Positions 41,001 through 56,700 of a stretch of 64,000 nt of DNA are shown in pieces. A program made the position numbers and the translations under genes. How positions within the stretch are numbered: position 1 is the first letter of the stretch; each line of letters opens with the position of its first letter. Under the pieces are notes generated by a model, which was not told where the DNA came from, did no database searches, and saw only the letters and a list, made by a program, of their open reading frames with translations. Source of the DNA: the human T2T-CHM13v2.0 reference genome, Homo sapiens; NCBI RefSeq assembly GCF_009914755.1, contig NC_060940.1, one strand, 5' to 3'.

Positions 41001-44000
41001 TGAGGGCTCCATTCGAGTCCATTCAATGATTCCATTAGATTCCACTCGATGATGATTCCATTTGAGTCCATTCAAAGATTCCTTTCGAGTCCATTCGATA
41101 ATTCTATTGGATTCCACTAGGTGATGATTCCTTTCGAGTCAATTCGATGATTCCTTTCAAGTGCCTTCAATGATTCCATTCGATTCCATTCGATGACGAT
41201 TCATTTCAAGTCCATTCAATGGTTCCATTCTGTTGAATTTGATGGTTCCATTGGATTCCATTCGATGATGATTCCATTCGTGTCCATTGGATGATTCCAT
41301 TCGATTCCTTTCGAGGAAGATTCCATTCGACTCCATTCGATGATTCCGTTCGATTCCATTCCATGATGATTCCATTTGATTCCATTCCATGATTCCATTC
41401 GATACCATTCGATGATGATTCCATTCGACTCCATTTGATGAATCCATTCAATGCTTCCATTCGAGTCCATTCGATGATTCCATTCGATTCCATTCCATGA
41501 AGATTCCATTCGAGTACATTTGATGATTCCATTTAATTCCATAGGATGATGATTCTATTAGGGTCCGTTGACTATTCCATTCAATTCCATTCGAAGATTC
41601 CATTCGAGTCCACTCGATGATTCTATTTGATTCCATTTGATAATTCCATTCGATTCCATTTGATGTTGATTCCATTCGAGTCCATTCGATCATTATTACA
41701 TTTGATTCTATTCGATGATTCCATTCGATTCCATTTGATGAGGATTCCATTCGAGACCATTTGATGATTCCATTCAATTCCATTGGATGATTCCAATATT
41801 TTCCATTAGATGATGATTCCATTCGATTCCATTCAATGATGATTCCATCAGAATCCATTCGATGATGACTCCTTTTGCTTCCATTCAATGATCATTACAT
41901 TCGGTTCCATTCGATGATGATTCCTTTGGATTCCATTCGATGATGCTTCCATTCGATTCCATTTGATGATGATTCTTTTCGATTCCATTTGATGATGATT
42001 CCATTTGATTCCATTCGATGGTGATTCCATTTGATGATTCCATTCGATTGTATTCGATGATGATTCCACTCGATTCTATTTGATGATGACTGCATTCGAT
42101 TCCATTTGATGATTCCATTTGATTCCATTCGATGATGATTCTGATCAATTGCATTCGATGATCCATTCGATTCCATTTGATGGTTCCATTTGATTCCATT
42201 TGATAATGATTCCTTTCGAGTCCATTCGATGATTCCATTTGCGGATATTCGATAATTCCATTTGAGTCCAACCGATGATTCCATTCGAGGCCATTCAATC
42301 ATTCTTTTTGAGTCCTTTCGATAAAGATTCCATTTTAGTCCATTCAATAATTCCACTGGAGTCCATTCGATGATTGCTTTTAATTCCATTCGATGATATT
42401 CCATTCGAGTCCATTCGATGATTCCATTCGTTGCTATTAGATGATGATTCCATTCATGACCATTTGGTGATTCCATTCGATTTCATTCGTTGATGATTCC
42501 ATTCGAGTCCATTCCATGATTCCATTCAAGTCCATTTGATGATTTCTTTGAATTCAATTCGATGATGATTCCATTCGAGTCCATTCGATGATTCCATTCA
42601 GTTCCATTCGATGATGATTCCTTTCGAGACCATATGATGATTCCATTTGATTTCATTCGATGATGATTCCATTCGATTCCATTCGATGATTCCATTCTAT
42701 TCCATTCGATGATGATTCCATTCGAGTCCATTTAATGATTCCATTGGGTTCAATTCAATGATGATTACATTGGATTCTCTTCTATGATACCATTCAATTC
42801 CGTTCATTGACAATTTGATTCCATTCGATGATGATTCCATTTGAGTTCATTCGATGATTCTATTCGATTCTCTTCGATGGTGATTCAATTCTATTATATT
42901 GGATGATTCCATTCGATTCCATTTGATGTTGATTCAATTCGATTCTATTCGATGATGATTCCATTGGATTTCATTTGATGATTCTATTCGATTCCATTCA
43001 ATGATGATTCACTTCTCGTCCATTGGATGATTCCATTTCATTCCATTCGATGATGATTCCATTCGATTCCATTCGATGATTCCATTTGATTCCATTCGAC
43101 GGTGAGCAATTCGATTCAATTCCATGATGATTCTATTTGATTCAGTTAGATGATGTTTCCATTCGAATCCATTCCATGATTATTCCATTGGAATCCATTC
43201 GGCGATGATTCCATATGAGTCAATTCAATGATGCTTCCATATGGGTCAGTTCGATGATAATTCCATTTGATTTCATTCGATGCTTCTATTCAATTCCAGT
43301 CGATGATGATTCCGTTGGAGTCCATACGATGACTCCATTTGATTTCATTTGATGATGATTCCATTCGATTCCATTCGATGACTCCATTCTGTTCCATTCG
43401 ATGATGATTCCATTCGAGTCCATTCGATGATTCCATTCGAGTCCATTTCATGATTCCATTGGGTTCAATTCGATGATGATTACACTGGATTCCATTCTAT
43501 GATTCCATTCAATTCCATTCGTTGATGATTCGATTCCATTCAATGATGATTCCATTTGAGTTCATTCGATGATTCTATTCGATTCCGTTCGATGGTGATT
43601 CAATTCTATTATATTGGATGATTCCATTCGATTCCATTTGATGATGATTCCATTCGATTCCATTCGATGATGATTCCATTTGATTCCATTTGATGTTGAT
43701 TCTATTCGATTCTATTCAATGATGATTCCATTCGATTTCATTTGATGATTCTATTCGATTCCTTTCGATGATTCTATTCCATTCCATTCGATGATGATTC
43801 AATTCTCTTCCATTGGATGATTCCATTTTATTCCATTCGACGATGACTCCATTTGATTCCATTCAATGATGATTCCATTCGATTCCATTCGGTGATTCCA
43901 TTTGATTCCATTCGACGGTGAGCAATTTGATTCAATTCCATAATGATTCTATTTGATTCAATTAGATGATGTTTCCATTCGAATCCATTCGGTGATGATT

Positions 44001-47000
44001 CCATTGGTATCCATTCGACGATGATTCCATATGAGTCAATTCGATGATGATTCCATACGAGTCCGTTGGATGATAATTCCATTTGATTTCATTCATTCCT
44101 TCTATTCGATTCCACTTGATGATGATTCCATCTGAATCCATTCTCCGATTCCATTCGATTTCATTCGATGCTTCTATTTGATTTCATTCGAAGATGATTC
44201 CTTTCAATTCCGTTCATTAATTCCATTTGATTCCATTCGATGATGATTCCATCCGATTCCATTGGATGATGATTCCATTCGAGTCCATTCGATGATTCCG
44301 TTCTAATCCATTCTATGATTCCATTCGAGTCCATTCGATGATTCCATTCGATTCCATTCAGTGATGATTCCATTTGATTCCATCTGATGATGATTTCATT
44401 TGATTCCATTCGATGATGATTCCATTGGAGTCCATTGAATGATTCAATTCAATTCCATTCCATGTGGATTCCATTCGAATTCATTCGATTATTCCATTCA
44501 AATCCCTTCGTTGATTCCATCTGATTCCACTTGACGATGATTCCATTCAAGTCCAATCGATGATTCCATTCGGTTCCATTCAATGATTCCATTCGAGTCC
44601 ATTTATGTATTATATTCGTGTCCACTTGATGACTCACTCCATTCAATTCCATTTAATGATGATTCCATTTGATTCCATTTGATGATTCAGTTCGATTCCT
44701 TACAATGATTCCCTACGATTCCTTTCTATGATGATTCCATTCGATTCCATTCATTGATGATTCCATTCGACTCCATTCGATGATGATTCCTTTCGATTCC
44801 ATTTGACGATGTTTCCATTTGAGTCCATTCGATGATGATTCCATTGGTATCCATTCGACGATGATTCCATATGAGTCAATTCGATGATGATTCCATACGA
44901 GTCCGTTGGATGATAATTCCATTTGATTTCATTCAATCCTTCTATTCGATTCCATTTGATGATGATTCCATCTGAATCCATTCTCCGATTCCATTCGATT
45001 TCATTCGATGCTTCTATTTGATTTCATTCGAAGATGATTCCTTTCAATTCCATTCATTAATTCCATTTGATTCCATTCGATGATGATTCCATCCGATTCC
45101 ATTGGATGATGATTCCACTCGAGTCCATTCGATGATTCCGTTCTAATCCATTCTATGATTCCATTCGAGTCCATTCGATGATTCCATTCGATTCCATTCA
45201 GTGATGATTCCATTTGATTCCATCTGATGATGATTTCATTTGATTCCATTCGATGATGATTCCATTGGAGTCCATTGAATGATTCAATTCAATTCCATTC
45301 CATGTGGATTCCATTCGAATTCATTCGATTATTCCATTCAAATCCCTTCGTTGATTCCATCTGATTCCACTTGACGATGATTCCATTCAAGTCCAATCGA
45401 TGATTCCATTCGGTTCCATTCAATGATTCCATTCGAGTCCATTTATGTATTATATTCGTGTCCACTTGATGACTCACTCCATTCAATTCCATTTAATGAT
45501 GATTCCATTTGATTCCATTTGATGATTCAGTTCGATTCCTTACAATGATTCCCTACGATTCCTTTCTATGATGATTCCATTCGATTCCATTCATTGATGA
45601 TTCCATTCGACTCCATTCGATGATGATTCCTTTCGATTCCATTTGACGATGTTTCCATTTGAGTCCATTCGATGATGATTCAATTCAGTTCTGTTCTATT
45701 ATGAATCCATTCGATTTCATTCAATGCTTCTATTTGATTCCATTCGACGATGATTCCATCTCTTTCCCTTCGATGATTCCATTTGATTCCATTCAGTGAT
45801 GATTCCATTTGATTCCATCTGATGATGATTTCACTTGATTCATTTCAATGATGATTCCATTCAAGTCCATTCGATGATTCCATTGGAGTCCAAACGATCA
45901 TTCCATTCGATTCCATTCAATGATGATTCCATTCATGTCCATTCAATGAATCCTTTCAATTCCATTCGATGATGACTCCATTCGAGTACATTCGATGATT
46001 CCATTTGATTCCATCTGATGATGATTACATTCAATTCCATTCGAAGATGATTCCATTCAATTCCACTTGATGATGATTCCGTATGAATCCATTCGCTGAT
46101 TATTCCATTCGATTCCATTCATTGACGATTCCATTCGATTCCATTCAATGATGATTCTCTTCTATTGCATTCGATGATTCCGTTCGATTCCATTCGATGA
46201 TGATTCCATTAGATTCCATTCGATTGTTGCATTCGATTCCCTTCGATGATGATTCCTTTGAATTCCATTCGATTATGATTCCGTATGAATCCATTTGATG
46301 ATTATTCCATTGGATTCCTTTCGATGATGATTCCATTCGATTCCATTTGATGATGTTTCTCATGTATTCCATTTGATAATTCCTTTCAATTCCCTTCGAT
46401 GATGATTCTTTCGAGTCAATTCGATGATTCTATTCCATTCCCTTCGATGATGATTCCATTTCACTCCATTCGATGATTCCATTCGATTCAATTTGGTGAT
46501 GATTCAATTCGATGACATTCGATGACTCCATTCAATTTCATTTGATGATGATTACATTCGAGTCCATTTGATGATTGTATTCCTTTCCTTTTGATGATTA
46601 TTCCATTCGTGTCTATTCAAAGATTCCATTCTATTCCATTCAACGATGATTCCAATTGATTCCATTCAATGATTATGGCTATCGATTCCACTCGTTGATT
46701 CCATTTGATTCCATTCGATGATTATTCCGTTAGATTCCATTAGGAGATTCCATTCGATTTTATTCAATGATTCCAATTGATTCCATTCAATGATGATTCC
46801 ATTCGACTCCATTCAGTGATTCCATTTGAGTCCATTTGATGATTCCATTCGAGTCCATTTGGTGATTCCATTCTTTTCCATTTGATGATGATTCCATTAG
46901 GGTCCATTCAATGATTCCATTCGAGTCCATTCGTTAATGCCTTTCGAGTCCTTTTGATCACTACATTCGAGTCCATTCAATGATTCTATTCGATTCCATT

Positions 47001-50000
47001 CCATGATGATTCCATTCGAGTTCATTCGATGATTGCATTCGAGTCCATTTGATGATTCCATAAGATTCCATTCGACAATGATTCCATTCGTGTCCATTTG
47101 ATGATTCCATTCATTTCCTATCGATGAAGATTCCATTCGAGTGTATTCGATGATTCCATTCAAATCCATTCGATGATGATTCCATTCCAGTCCATTCGAT
47201 CATTCCACTTGATTCCATTTGATGACTATTCCATTCAAATCCATTTGATGATTCCATTCGATTCCATTCGATGTTACCATTCCAGTATATACGATGATTC
47301 CACTCGATTCCATTTGATGATTATTCCATTGGAGTCGACTTAGTGAATCCTTTAGATTCTACTCGAAGATGATTCCATTCGAGTCCATTCGATGATACCA
47401 TTCAATTCCATTCGTTGATGCTTCCATTCAAGTGCATTCGATGATATCATTCGATTCCATTTGATGATAATTCCATTTGATTCCATGTGATGATTCTATT
47501 CCATTCCATTCAATGATAATTCCATTCAATTCAGTGATTCCTCTGGACTCCATTTGATGATGATTCCATTCAATGATTCCATTCGATTCTATTCGAAAAT
47601 GATTCCATTTGAATCCATTTGATGATGATTCCATTCGATTCCATTTGATGATTCCATTCGATTCCATTCGACGATGATTCCATTCGATTCCATTTGATGA
47701 TTCCATTCTATTCTATTCGATGATGATTCCATTCGATTCCATTCGATGATGATTGGATTCGATTCCATTTGATGATTTCATTTGATTCAATTCGATGATG
47801 ATTTCGATCAATTCCATTCGATGATTCCATTCGATTCCATTTGATAATGATTACATCCGAGTCCATTCGATGATTCCATTTGAGCCCGTTCGATAATTCC
47901 ATTTGAGTCCAATCAATGATTCCATTCATTTCCATTCAATGATTCCATTCGAGTCCATTTGATCATTCCGGTAGGGTCCGTTCGATGTTGATTCCATTGG
48001 AGTGCATTCGATGATTCCATTCGAGTCCATCTTAGGATTTGATTCGAGTCCTTTCGATGATTCCATTCGATTCCACTCGATGCGATGATGATTTCATTCG
48101 AGTCCATTCGACACTTCCAATCGATTCCATTTGATGTTTCCATTCGAGTCCAATTGATGATTCCATTCAATTCCATTCGATGATGATTCCGTACGATTCC
48201 ATTCTGTGATGATTCCATGTGATTGCATTCAATGATGATTCCTTTCGATTGCATTCGATTATGATTCATTTCGTGTTCATTCTATGGTTCCACAGGTTTC
48301 ACATCGTGTCCATTCCATTATTCCATTCTATTCCATTTGATGATGATTCCATTCGATTCCATTCATTGGTGATTCCACTCAATTCCATTCAATGATTCCA
48401 TTCCATTTCTTTCAACAATGATTCCATTAGTTTCTAATCGATGATCCACTTGATTCCATTTGACGATGATTCCATTCTTGTCCATTCGATGATTCCATTT
48501 GATTCCATATGATGATGATTCCATTCGATTCCATACGATGATGATTCCATTCGAGTCCATTCAATGGTGATTCCATTCAATTCCATTCGATGATTCCTTT
48601 CGATTCCATTTGATGATGATGGCATTCGATTCCTTTCAATCATTCCCTTTGATTCCACTCAAAGGTGATTTCATTCAAGTCCATTCGATAATTGCATTCG
48701 ATTCCATTCTATGATGATTCCATTCGAGTCCATTTGATGATTCCATTCAATTCAAGTCAATGATGATTCCATTCGATTCCATTCGATGATTCCATTGGAT
48801 TCCATTCGATGATGATTCCATTCAAATCCATTCGATAATTCAATTCACGTCCATTCGATGATGATTCCAATCGAATCCATTCAAAGATTCCATTCAATTT
48901 CATTCGATGATTCCCTTAGATTCCATTCGATGATTCCACTTGATTCCATTTACGATGATTCCATTCGATTCCATGTGATGATTCCATTCAATTCTATTCA
49001 ATGATGTTTCCATTTGATTCCATTCGACCATGATTGCCTTTGATTCCATTCAATGATTCCATTCGGTTCCGTTTGATGATGATTCCGTTCGATTCCATTT
49101 GATGATTCCATTTGATTCCATTGGATGAGTCCATTCGATTACATTCGATGATTATTCCATTCGAGTGCATTAGATGATTCCATTCGAGTCCATTCGATGA
49201 TTCCATTCGAGTCCATTCGATGATTCCATTCGATTCCATTCGATGTTGATTCTGTTCAAATCCATTCGATGATTCCACTCGATTCCATTCGATGACTCCA
49301 TTTGATCCCATTCGATGATTTCCTTTGATTCCCTTTGATGATCATTCCATTTGATTCAATTCGGTGATTTCATTGGATTCCATTCAGTGATGTTTCCATT
49401 CGACTCCATTCGATGATGATTCCATTCGACTACATTCGATTATGATTTCATTCAATTCCATTCGATAAAGATTCCCTTCGAGTCCAATCGATGATTCCAT
49501 TCGATTCCATTCAACGATGATTTGATTCGTGTCCATTCGATGATTCCATTTGATTCCACTTGATGAGGATTCCATTCGAGTCCATTTGATGATTCCATTC
49601 AATTCCATTCTCCGATGATTTCTTTTGAGCCCATTCAATGCTTCCACTCGATTCCATATGATGATGACTCCATTCGATGAAACTCGATGATGATTCCATT
49701 CGCTTGCATTCGATGATGATTCCACTTGAGTCCGTTAGAAGATTCTATTCAATTACATTCCATGACGATTCCGTTCGAGTCCATTTGATGATTCCATTAG
49801 ACTCCATTCCACGATGATTCCATTCGATGTTATTCGATGATTCCATTCGATCTCATTCGTTGATGATTCCATTCAACTCCATTCGATGTTTCCATTCGAG
49901 TTCATTCTATTATTCCATTAGATTCCATTCGATGATGATTCCATTCGATTCCATTTGATGATTGCATTCTATTTCATTTGATGAGGATTCCATTCGAGTC

Positions 50001-50713
50001 CACTCGATGATTCCATTCGAGTCCATTTAATGAATCCATTGGTTTCAATTCTATGATGATTACATTGGATTCCATTCGTTGATGATTTCATTCGGTTCCA
50101 TTCAATGATGATTCCATTCAATTCCTTTCAATGTTTCCATTCAATTCCATACGATGATGATTCCATTTGATTTGATTCGACAGTGAGCCATTCGATTCAA
50201 TTCCATGATGATTCTATTTGATTCACTTGGTTGACATTTCCATTCGATTCCATTCGATGATGATTCCATTTGATTCCATTCAAAGATGATTCCATTCTAG
50301 CCCATTCAATCATTCCATTCGATTCTATTCAATGATGATTCCATTCATGTCGATTTGGTGATTCAATTTGACTTCATTTGATGATGATTCCTTTCAAGTT
50401 CATTAGATGATTCCATTCGATTCCATTTGATGATGATCCCATTCGAGTCCATTCAGTGATTCCACTCGTTTCCATTCCATGATGATTCCATTCCATTCCA
50501 TTCAATGATTCCATTCGATTCCGTTTGATGATGATTTCATTCGAGTCCATTTGATGATTCCATTTGATTCCATTCGATGATGATTCCATTCGAGTCCATT
50601 CGATGATTCTATTCGAATCCATTTGATGATTTCTTTTGATTATATTTGGTGATGATTCCATTGGAGTCCATTCAATGATTCCATTCGATTCCAATCGATG
50701 ATGATTCCATTAG
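38045..50713 (+). repeat. Higher-order repeat unit 3 (12,669 bp)
   Basis: 38270/50939 and 38993/51662 are +12669. The extra 5 bp is a CGATG duplication at ~48078-48087. Confidence 0.93.
43994..45680 (+). repeat. Nested tandem duplication (840 + 840 bp) in unit 3
   Basis: TGGTATCC at 44005 and 44845; ORFs 44161/45001 (+840). Confidence 0.92.
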
Positions 50714-53700
50714 AGTCCATTTAATGATTCCATTTGATTCCAGTCTCTGATGTTTACATTCGAGTCCATACGATGATTCCACTCAATTCCATATGATGAT
50801 GATTCCATTCGATTCCATTCGATGATTCCATTCTATTCTATTCAATGGTGATTCCATTCGAGTACATTAGATGATTCCATTCGATTCCATTCAATGATGA
50901 TTCTATTTGTGTCCCTTAGATGATTCCACATGATTCCATTAGATGATGATACTATTTGAGCCCATCCAATGATTCCCTTCGATTCCATTCGATGAGGATT
51001 CCATTCGATTCAATTCATTGGTGATTCTATTCAATTCAATTCTTTGATTCAATTCCATTCCATTCGACAATGATTCCATTCGATTTCTTTCGATGATTCC
51101 ACTCAATTTCACTTGACATTGATTCCATTCGATTCCATTCAATGATTCCATTTGATTCCAGTGGATGATGATTGCCGTCGATTCCATTCGATCACTCCAT
51201 TCTGTTCCATTTGATGATGATTACATTCGATTCCATTTGATGATTCCATCTGACTCTATTCGAGGATTCCATTTGATTCCATTCGATGATGATTCCATTC
51301 GAGTCCATTCGATGATTTCATTCGAGTACATCCAATGATTCCATTCGAGTCCATTTGATGATTCCATTTCATTCCATTTGATTATGATTCTACTAGAGTC
51401 CATTCAATGACTCCATTCGAGTCCATTCAACAGTTCCATCCGAGTCCATTCGATGATTCCATTCGATTCCATTTGATGATTCCATTTGAGTCCATTTAAT
51501 CATTACAGTCGAGTCCATTTGGTGATTCCACTGGATTTCTTTTGATAATGATACCATTCAATTACATTTGATGATGATCCCATTCAATTTCATTTGATGA
51601 TGATTCCATTAGAGTCCATTCCATGATTTCATTCGAGTCCCTTCATTGATTCCATCCGATTTCATTTCATGATGACTCCATTCGAGTCCATTCGATGATT
51701 CCACTCGATTCCATTAGATGATTCCATTGGAGTCCATTTGATTGTTCCATTCGATTCCATTCGATTCCTTTCGAAGATTATTCCATTTGAGTCCATTCGA
51801 TGATGATTCCATTCCATTCCATTCGATGATTCCGTTTGATTCCATTCGATGATTCCCTGCGATTCCTTTCTATGATGATTCCATTCCATTCCATTCAATG
51901 ATTCCATTCGAATCTATTCCATGATGATTCCTTTCGATTCCATTCGCTGATGTTTCCGTTCAATTCCATTCGATGATGATTCCATTCGATTCCATTCATT
52001 GAGGATTCCATTGGATTCCATTCAATGATGATTCCATTCTATTCCATTCAATGATTGCATTCAATTCCATTCAATGATTATGCCATTAGAGTAAATTCAA
52101 CGATTCCATTCAATACCATTCGATGATGATTCCTTTTGAGTCCATTCAATGATTTCATTCAAGTCCATTTGATGATTCCTTTCAATTCCATTCCATGATG
52201 ATTCCATTCGAGTCCATTCGATGATTCCATTCGATTGCATTCGATGATTCCATTATATTCCATTCAACGATGATTCCATTCGAGTCCATTCGATGATTCC
52301 ATTAGAGTACATATAATGATTGCTTTGTTTTCAATTCGAAGATGATTACATTGGATTCCATTCTATGATTCCATTCGATTCCATTCATTGATGATTCCAC
52401 CCGATTCCATTCGATGATGATTCCACTCAAATCCATTGGATGATTCCATTCGTTTCCAATTGGTGATTTCATTAGATTCCATTCGAGGATGATTCTATTC
52501 GAGTCCATTCAATGATTCCATTGGATTCCGTTTGATAATGATTCCATTAGAGTTCATTCGATGATTCCCTTCGAGTCCATTCGATTATTTCTTTTGATTC
52601 CATTTGATGATGATTCCATTCGATTCCATTCAATGATTCCATTCCATTCCATTCGATGATGATTCCATTCGATAATGATTACATTCGAGCCCATGTGATG
52701 ATTCCATTAGATTCTATTCAATGATGATTCCATTCGACCACATTCGATGATGGCATTCGAGTCCATTCGATGATTTCACTCGATTCCACTTGATGATGAT
52801 TCCTTTTGAGTCCATTTGATGATTACATTCGAGTCCATGAGATGACTCCATTCGATTCCATTTCATGATGATGCAATTCGAGGCTATTCGATCATCCCAT
52901 TTTAGTGCATTCGGTGATTCTCTTTTATTACATTCGATGAGGGCTCCATTCGAGTCCATTCAATGATTCCATTAGATTCCACTCGATGATGATTCCATTT
53001 GAGTCCATTCAAAGATTCCTTTCGAGTCCATTCGATAATTCTATTGGATTCCACTAGGTGATGATTCCTTTCGAGTCAATTCGATGATTCCTTTCAAGTG
53101 CCTTCAATGATTCCATTCGATTCCATTCGATGACGATTCATTTCAAGTCCATTCAATGGTTCCATTCTGTTGAATTTGATGGTTCCATTTGATTCCATTC
53201 GATGATGATTCCATTCGTGTCCATTGGATGATTCCATTCGATTCCTTTCGAGGAAGATTCCATTCGACTCCATTCGATGATTCCGTTCGATTCCATTCCA
53301 TGATGATTCCATTTGATTCCATTCCATGATTCCATTCGATACCATTCGATGATGATTCCATTCGACTCCATTTGATGAATCCATTCAATGCTTCCATTCG
53401 AGTCCATTCGATGATTCCATTCGATTCCATTCCATGAAGATTCCATTCGAGTACATTTGATGATTCCATTTAATTCCATAGGATGATGATTCTATTAGGG
53501 TCCGTTGACTATTCCATTCAATTCCATTCGAAGATTCCATTCGAGTCCACTCGATGATTCTATTTGATTCCATTTGATAATTCCATTCGATTCCATTTGA
53601 TGTTGATTCCATTCGAGTCCATTCGATCATTATTACATTTGATTCTATTCGATGATTCCATTCGATTCCATTTGATGAGGATTCCATTCGAGACCATTTG

Positions 53701-56700
53701 ATGATTCCATTCAATTCCATTGGATGATTCCAATATTTTCCATTAGATGATGATTCCATTCGATTCCATTCAATGATGATTCCATCAGAATCCATTCGAT
53801 GATGACTCCTTTTGCTTCCATTCAATGATCATTACATTCGGTTCCATTCGATGATGATTCCTTTGGATTCCATTCGATGATGCTTCCATTCGATTCCATT
53901 TGATGATGATTCTTTTCGATTCCATTTGATGATGATTCCATTTGATTCCATTCGATGGTGATTCCATTTGATGATTCCATTCGATTGTATTCGATGATGA
54001 TTCCACTCGATTCTATTTGATGATGACTGCATTCGATTCCATTTGATGATTCCATTTGATTCCATTCGATGATGATTCTGATCAATTGCATTCGATGATC
54101 CATTCGATTCCATTTGATGGTTCCATTTGATTCCATTTGATAATGATTCCTTTCGAGTCCATTCGATGATTCCATTTGCGGATATTCGATAATTCCATTT
54201 GAGTCCAACCGATGATTCCATTCGAGGCCATTCAATCATTCTTTTTGAGTCCTTTCGATAAAGATTCCATTTTAGTCCATTCAATAATTCCACTGGAGTC
54301 CATTCGATGATTGCTTTTAATTCCATTCGATGATATTCCATTCGAGTCCATTCGATGATTCCATTCGTTGCTATTAGATGATGATTCCATTCATGACCAT
54401 TTGGTGATTCCATTCGATTTCATTCGTTGATGATTCCATTCGAGTCCATTCCATGATTCCATTCAAGTCCATTTGATGATTTCTTTGAATTCAATTCGAT
54501 GATGATTCCATTCGAGTCCATTCGATGATTCCATTCAGTTCCATTCGATGATGATTCCTTTCGAGACCATATGATGATTCCATTTGATTTCATTCGATGA
54601 TGATTCCATTCGATTCCATTCGATGATTCCATTCTATTCCATTCGATGATGATTCCATTCGAGTCCATTTAATGATTCCATTGGGTTCAATTCAATGATG
54701 ATTACATTGGATTCTCTTCTATGATACCATTCAATTCCGTTCATTGACAATTTGATTCCATTCGATGATGATTCCATTTGAGTTCATTCGATGATTCTAT
54801 TCGATTCTCTTCGATGGTGATTCAATTCTATTATATTGGATGATTCCATTCGATTCCATTTGATGTTGATTCAATTCGATTCTATTCGATGATGATTCCA
54901 TTGGATTTCATTTGATGATTCTATTCGATTCCATTCAATGATGATTCACTTCTCGTCCATTGGATGATTCCATTTCATTCCATTCGATGATGATTCCATT
55001 CGATTCCATTCGATGATTCCATTTGATTCCATTCGACGGTGAGCAATTCGATTCAATTCCATGATGATTCTATTTGATTCAGTTAGATGATGTTTCCATT
55101 CGAATCCATTCCATGATTATTCCATTGGAATCCATTCGGCGATGATTCCATATGAGTCAATTCAATGATGCTTCCATATGGGTCAGTTCGATGATAATTC
55201 CATTTGATTTCATTCGATGCTTCTATTCAATTCCAGTCGATGATGATTCCGTTGGAGTCCATACGATGACTCCATTTGATTTCATTTGATGATGATTCCA
55301 TTCGATTCCATTCGATGACTCCATTCTGTTCCATTCGATGATGATTCCATTCGAGTCCATTCGATGATTCCATTCGAGTCCATTTCATGATTCCATTGGG
55401 TTCAATTCGATGATGATTACACTGGATTCCATTCTATGATTCCATTCAATTCCATTCGTTGATGATTCGATTCCATTCAATGATGATTCCATTTGAGTTC
55501 ATTCGATGATTCTATTCGATTCCGTTCGATGGTGATTCAATTCTATTATATTGGATGATTCCATTCGATTCCATTTGATGATGATTCCATTCGATTCCAT
55601 TCGATGATGATTCCATTTGATTCCATTTGATGTTGATTCTATTCGATTCTATTCAATGATGATTCCATTCGATTTCATTTGATGATTCTATTCGATTCCT
55701 TTCGATGATTCTATTCCATTCCATTCGATGATGATTCAATTCTCTTCCATTGGATGATTCCATTTTATTCCATTCGACGATGACTCCATTTGATTCCATT
55801 CAATGATGATTCCATTCGATTCCATTCGGTGATTCCATTTGATTCCATTCGACGGTGAGCAATTTGATTCAATTCCATAATGATTCTATTTGATTCAATT
55901 AGATGATGTTTCCATTCGAATCCATTCGGTGATGATTCCATTGGTATCCATTCGACCATGATTCCATATGAGTCAATTCGATGATGATTCCATACGAGTC
56001 CGTTGGATGATAATTCCATTTGATTTCATTCAATCCTTCTATTCGATTCCATTTGATGATGATTCCATCTGAATCCATTCTCCGATTCCATTCGATTTCA
56101 TTCGATGCTTCTATTTGATTTCATTCGAAGATGATTCCTTTCAATTCCGTTCATTAATTCCATTTGATTCCATTCGATGATGATTCCATCCGATTCCATT
56201 GGATGATGATTCCATTCGAGTCCATTCGATGATTCCGTTCTAATCCATTCTATGATTCCATTTGAGTCCATTCGATGATTCCATTCGATTCCATTCAGTG
56301 ATGATTCCATTTGATTCCATCTGATGATGATTTCATTTGATTCCATTCGATGATGATTCCATTGGAGTCCATTGAATGATTCAATTCAATTCCATTCCAT
56401 GTGGATTCCATTCGAATTCATTCGATTATTCCCTTCAAATACCTTCGTTGATTCCATCTGATTCCACTTGACGATGATTCCATTCAAGTCTAATCGATGA
56501 TTCCATTCGGTTCCATTCAATGATTCCATTCGAGTCCATTTATGTATTATATTCGTGTCCACTTGATGACTCCATTCAATTCCATTTAATGATGATTCCA
56601 TTTGATTCCATTTGATGATTCAGTTCGATTCCTTACAATGATTCCCTACGATTCCTTTCTATGATGATTCCATTCGATTCCATTCATTGATGATTCCATT

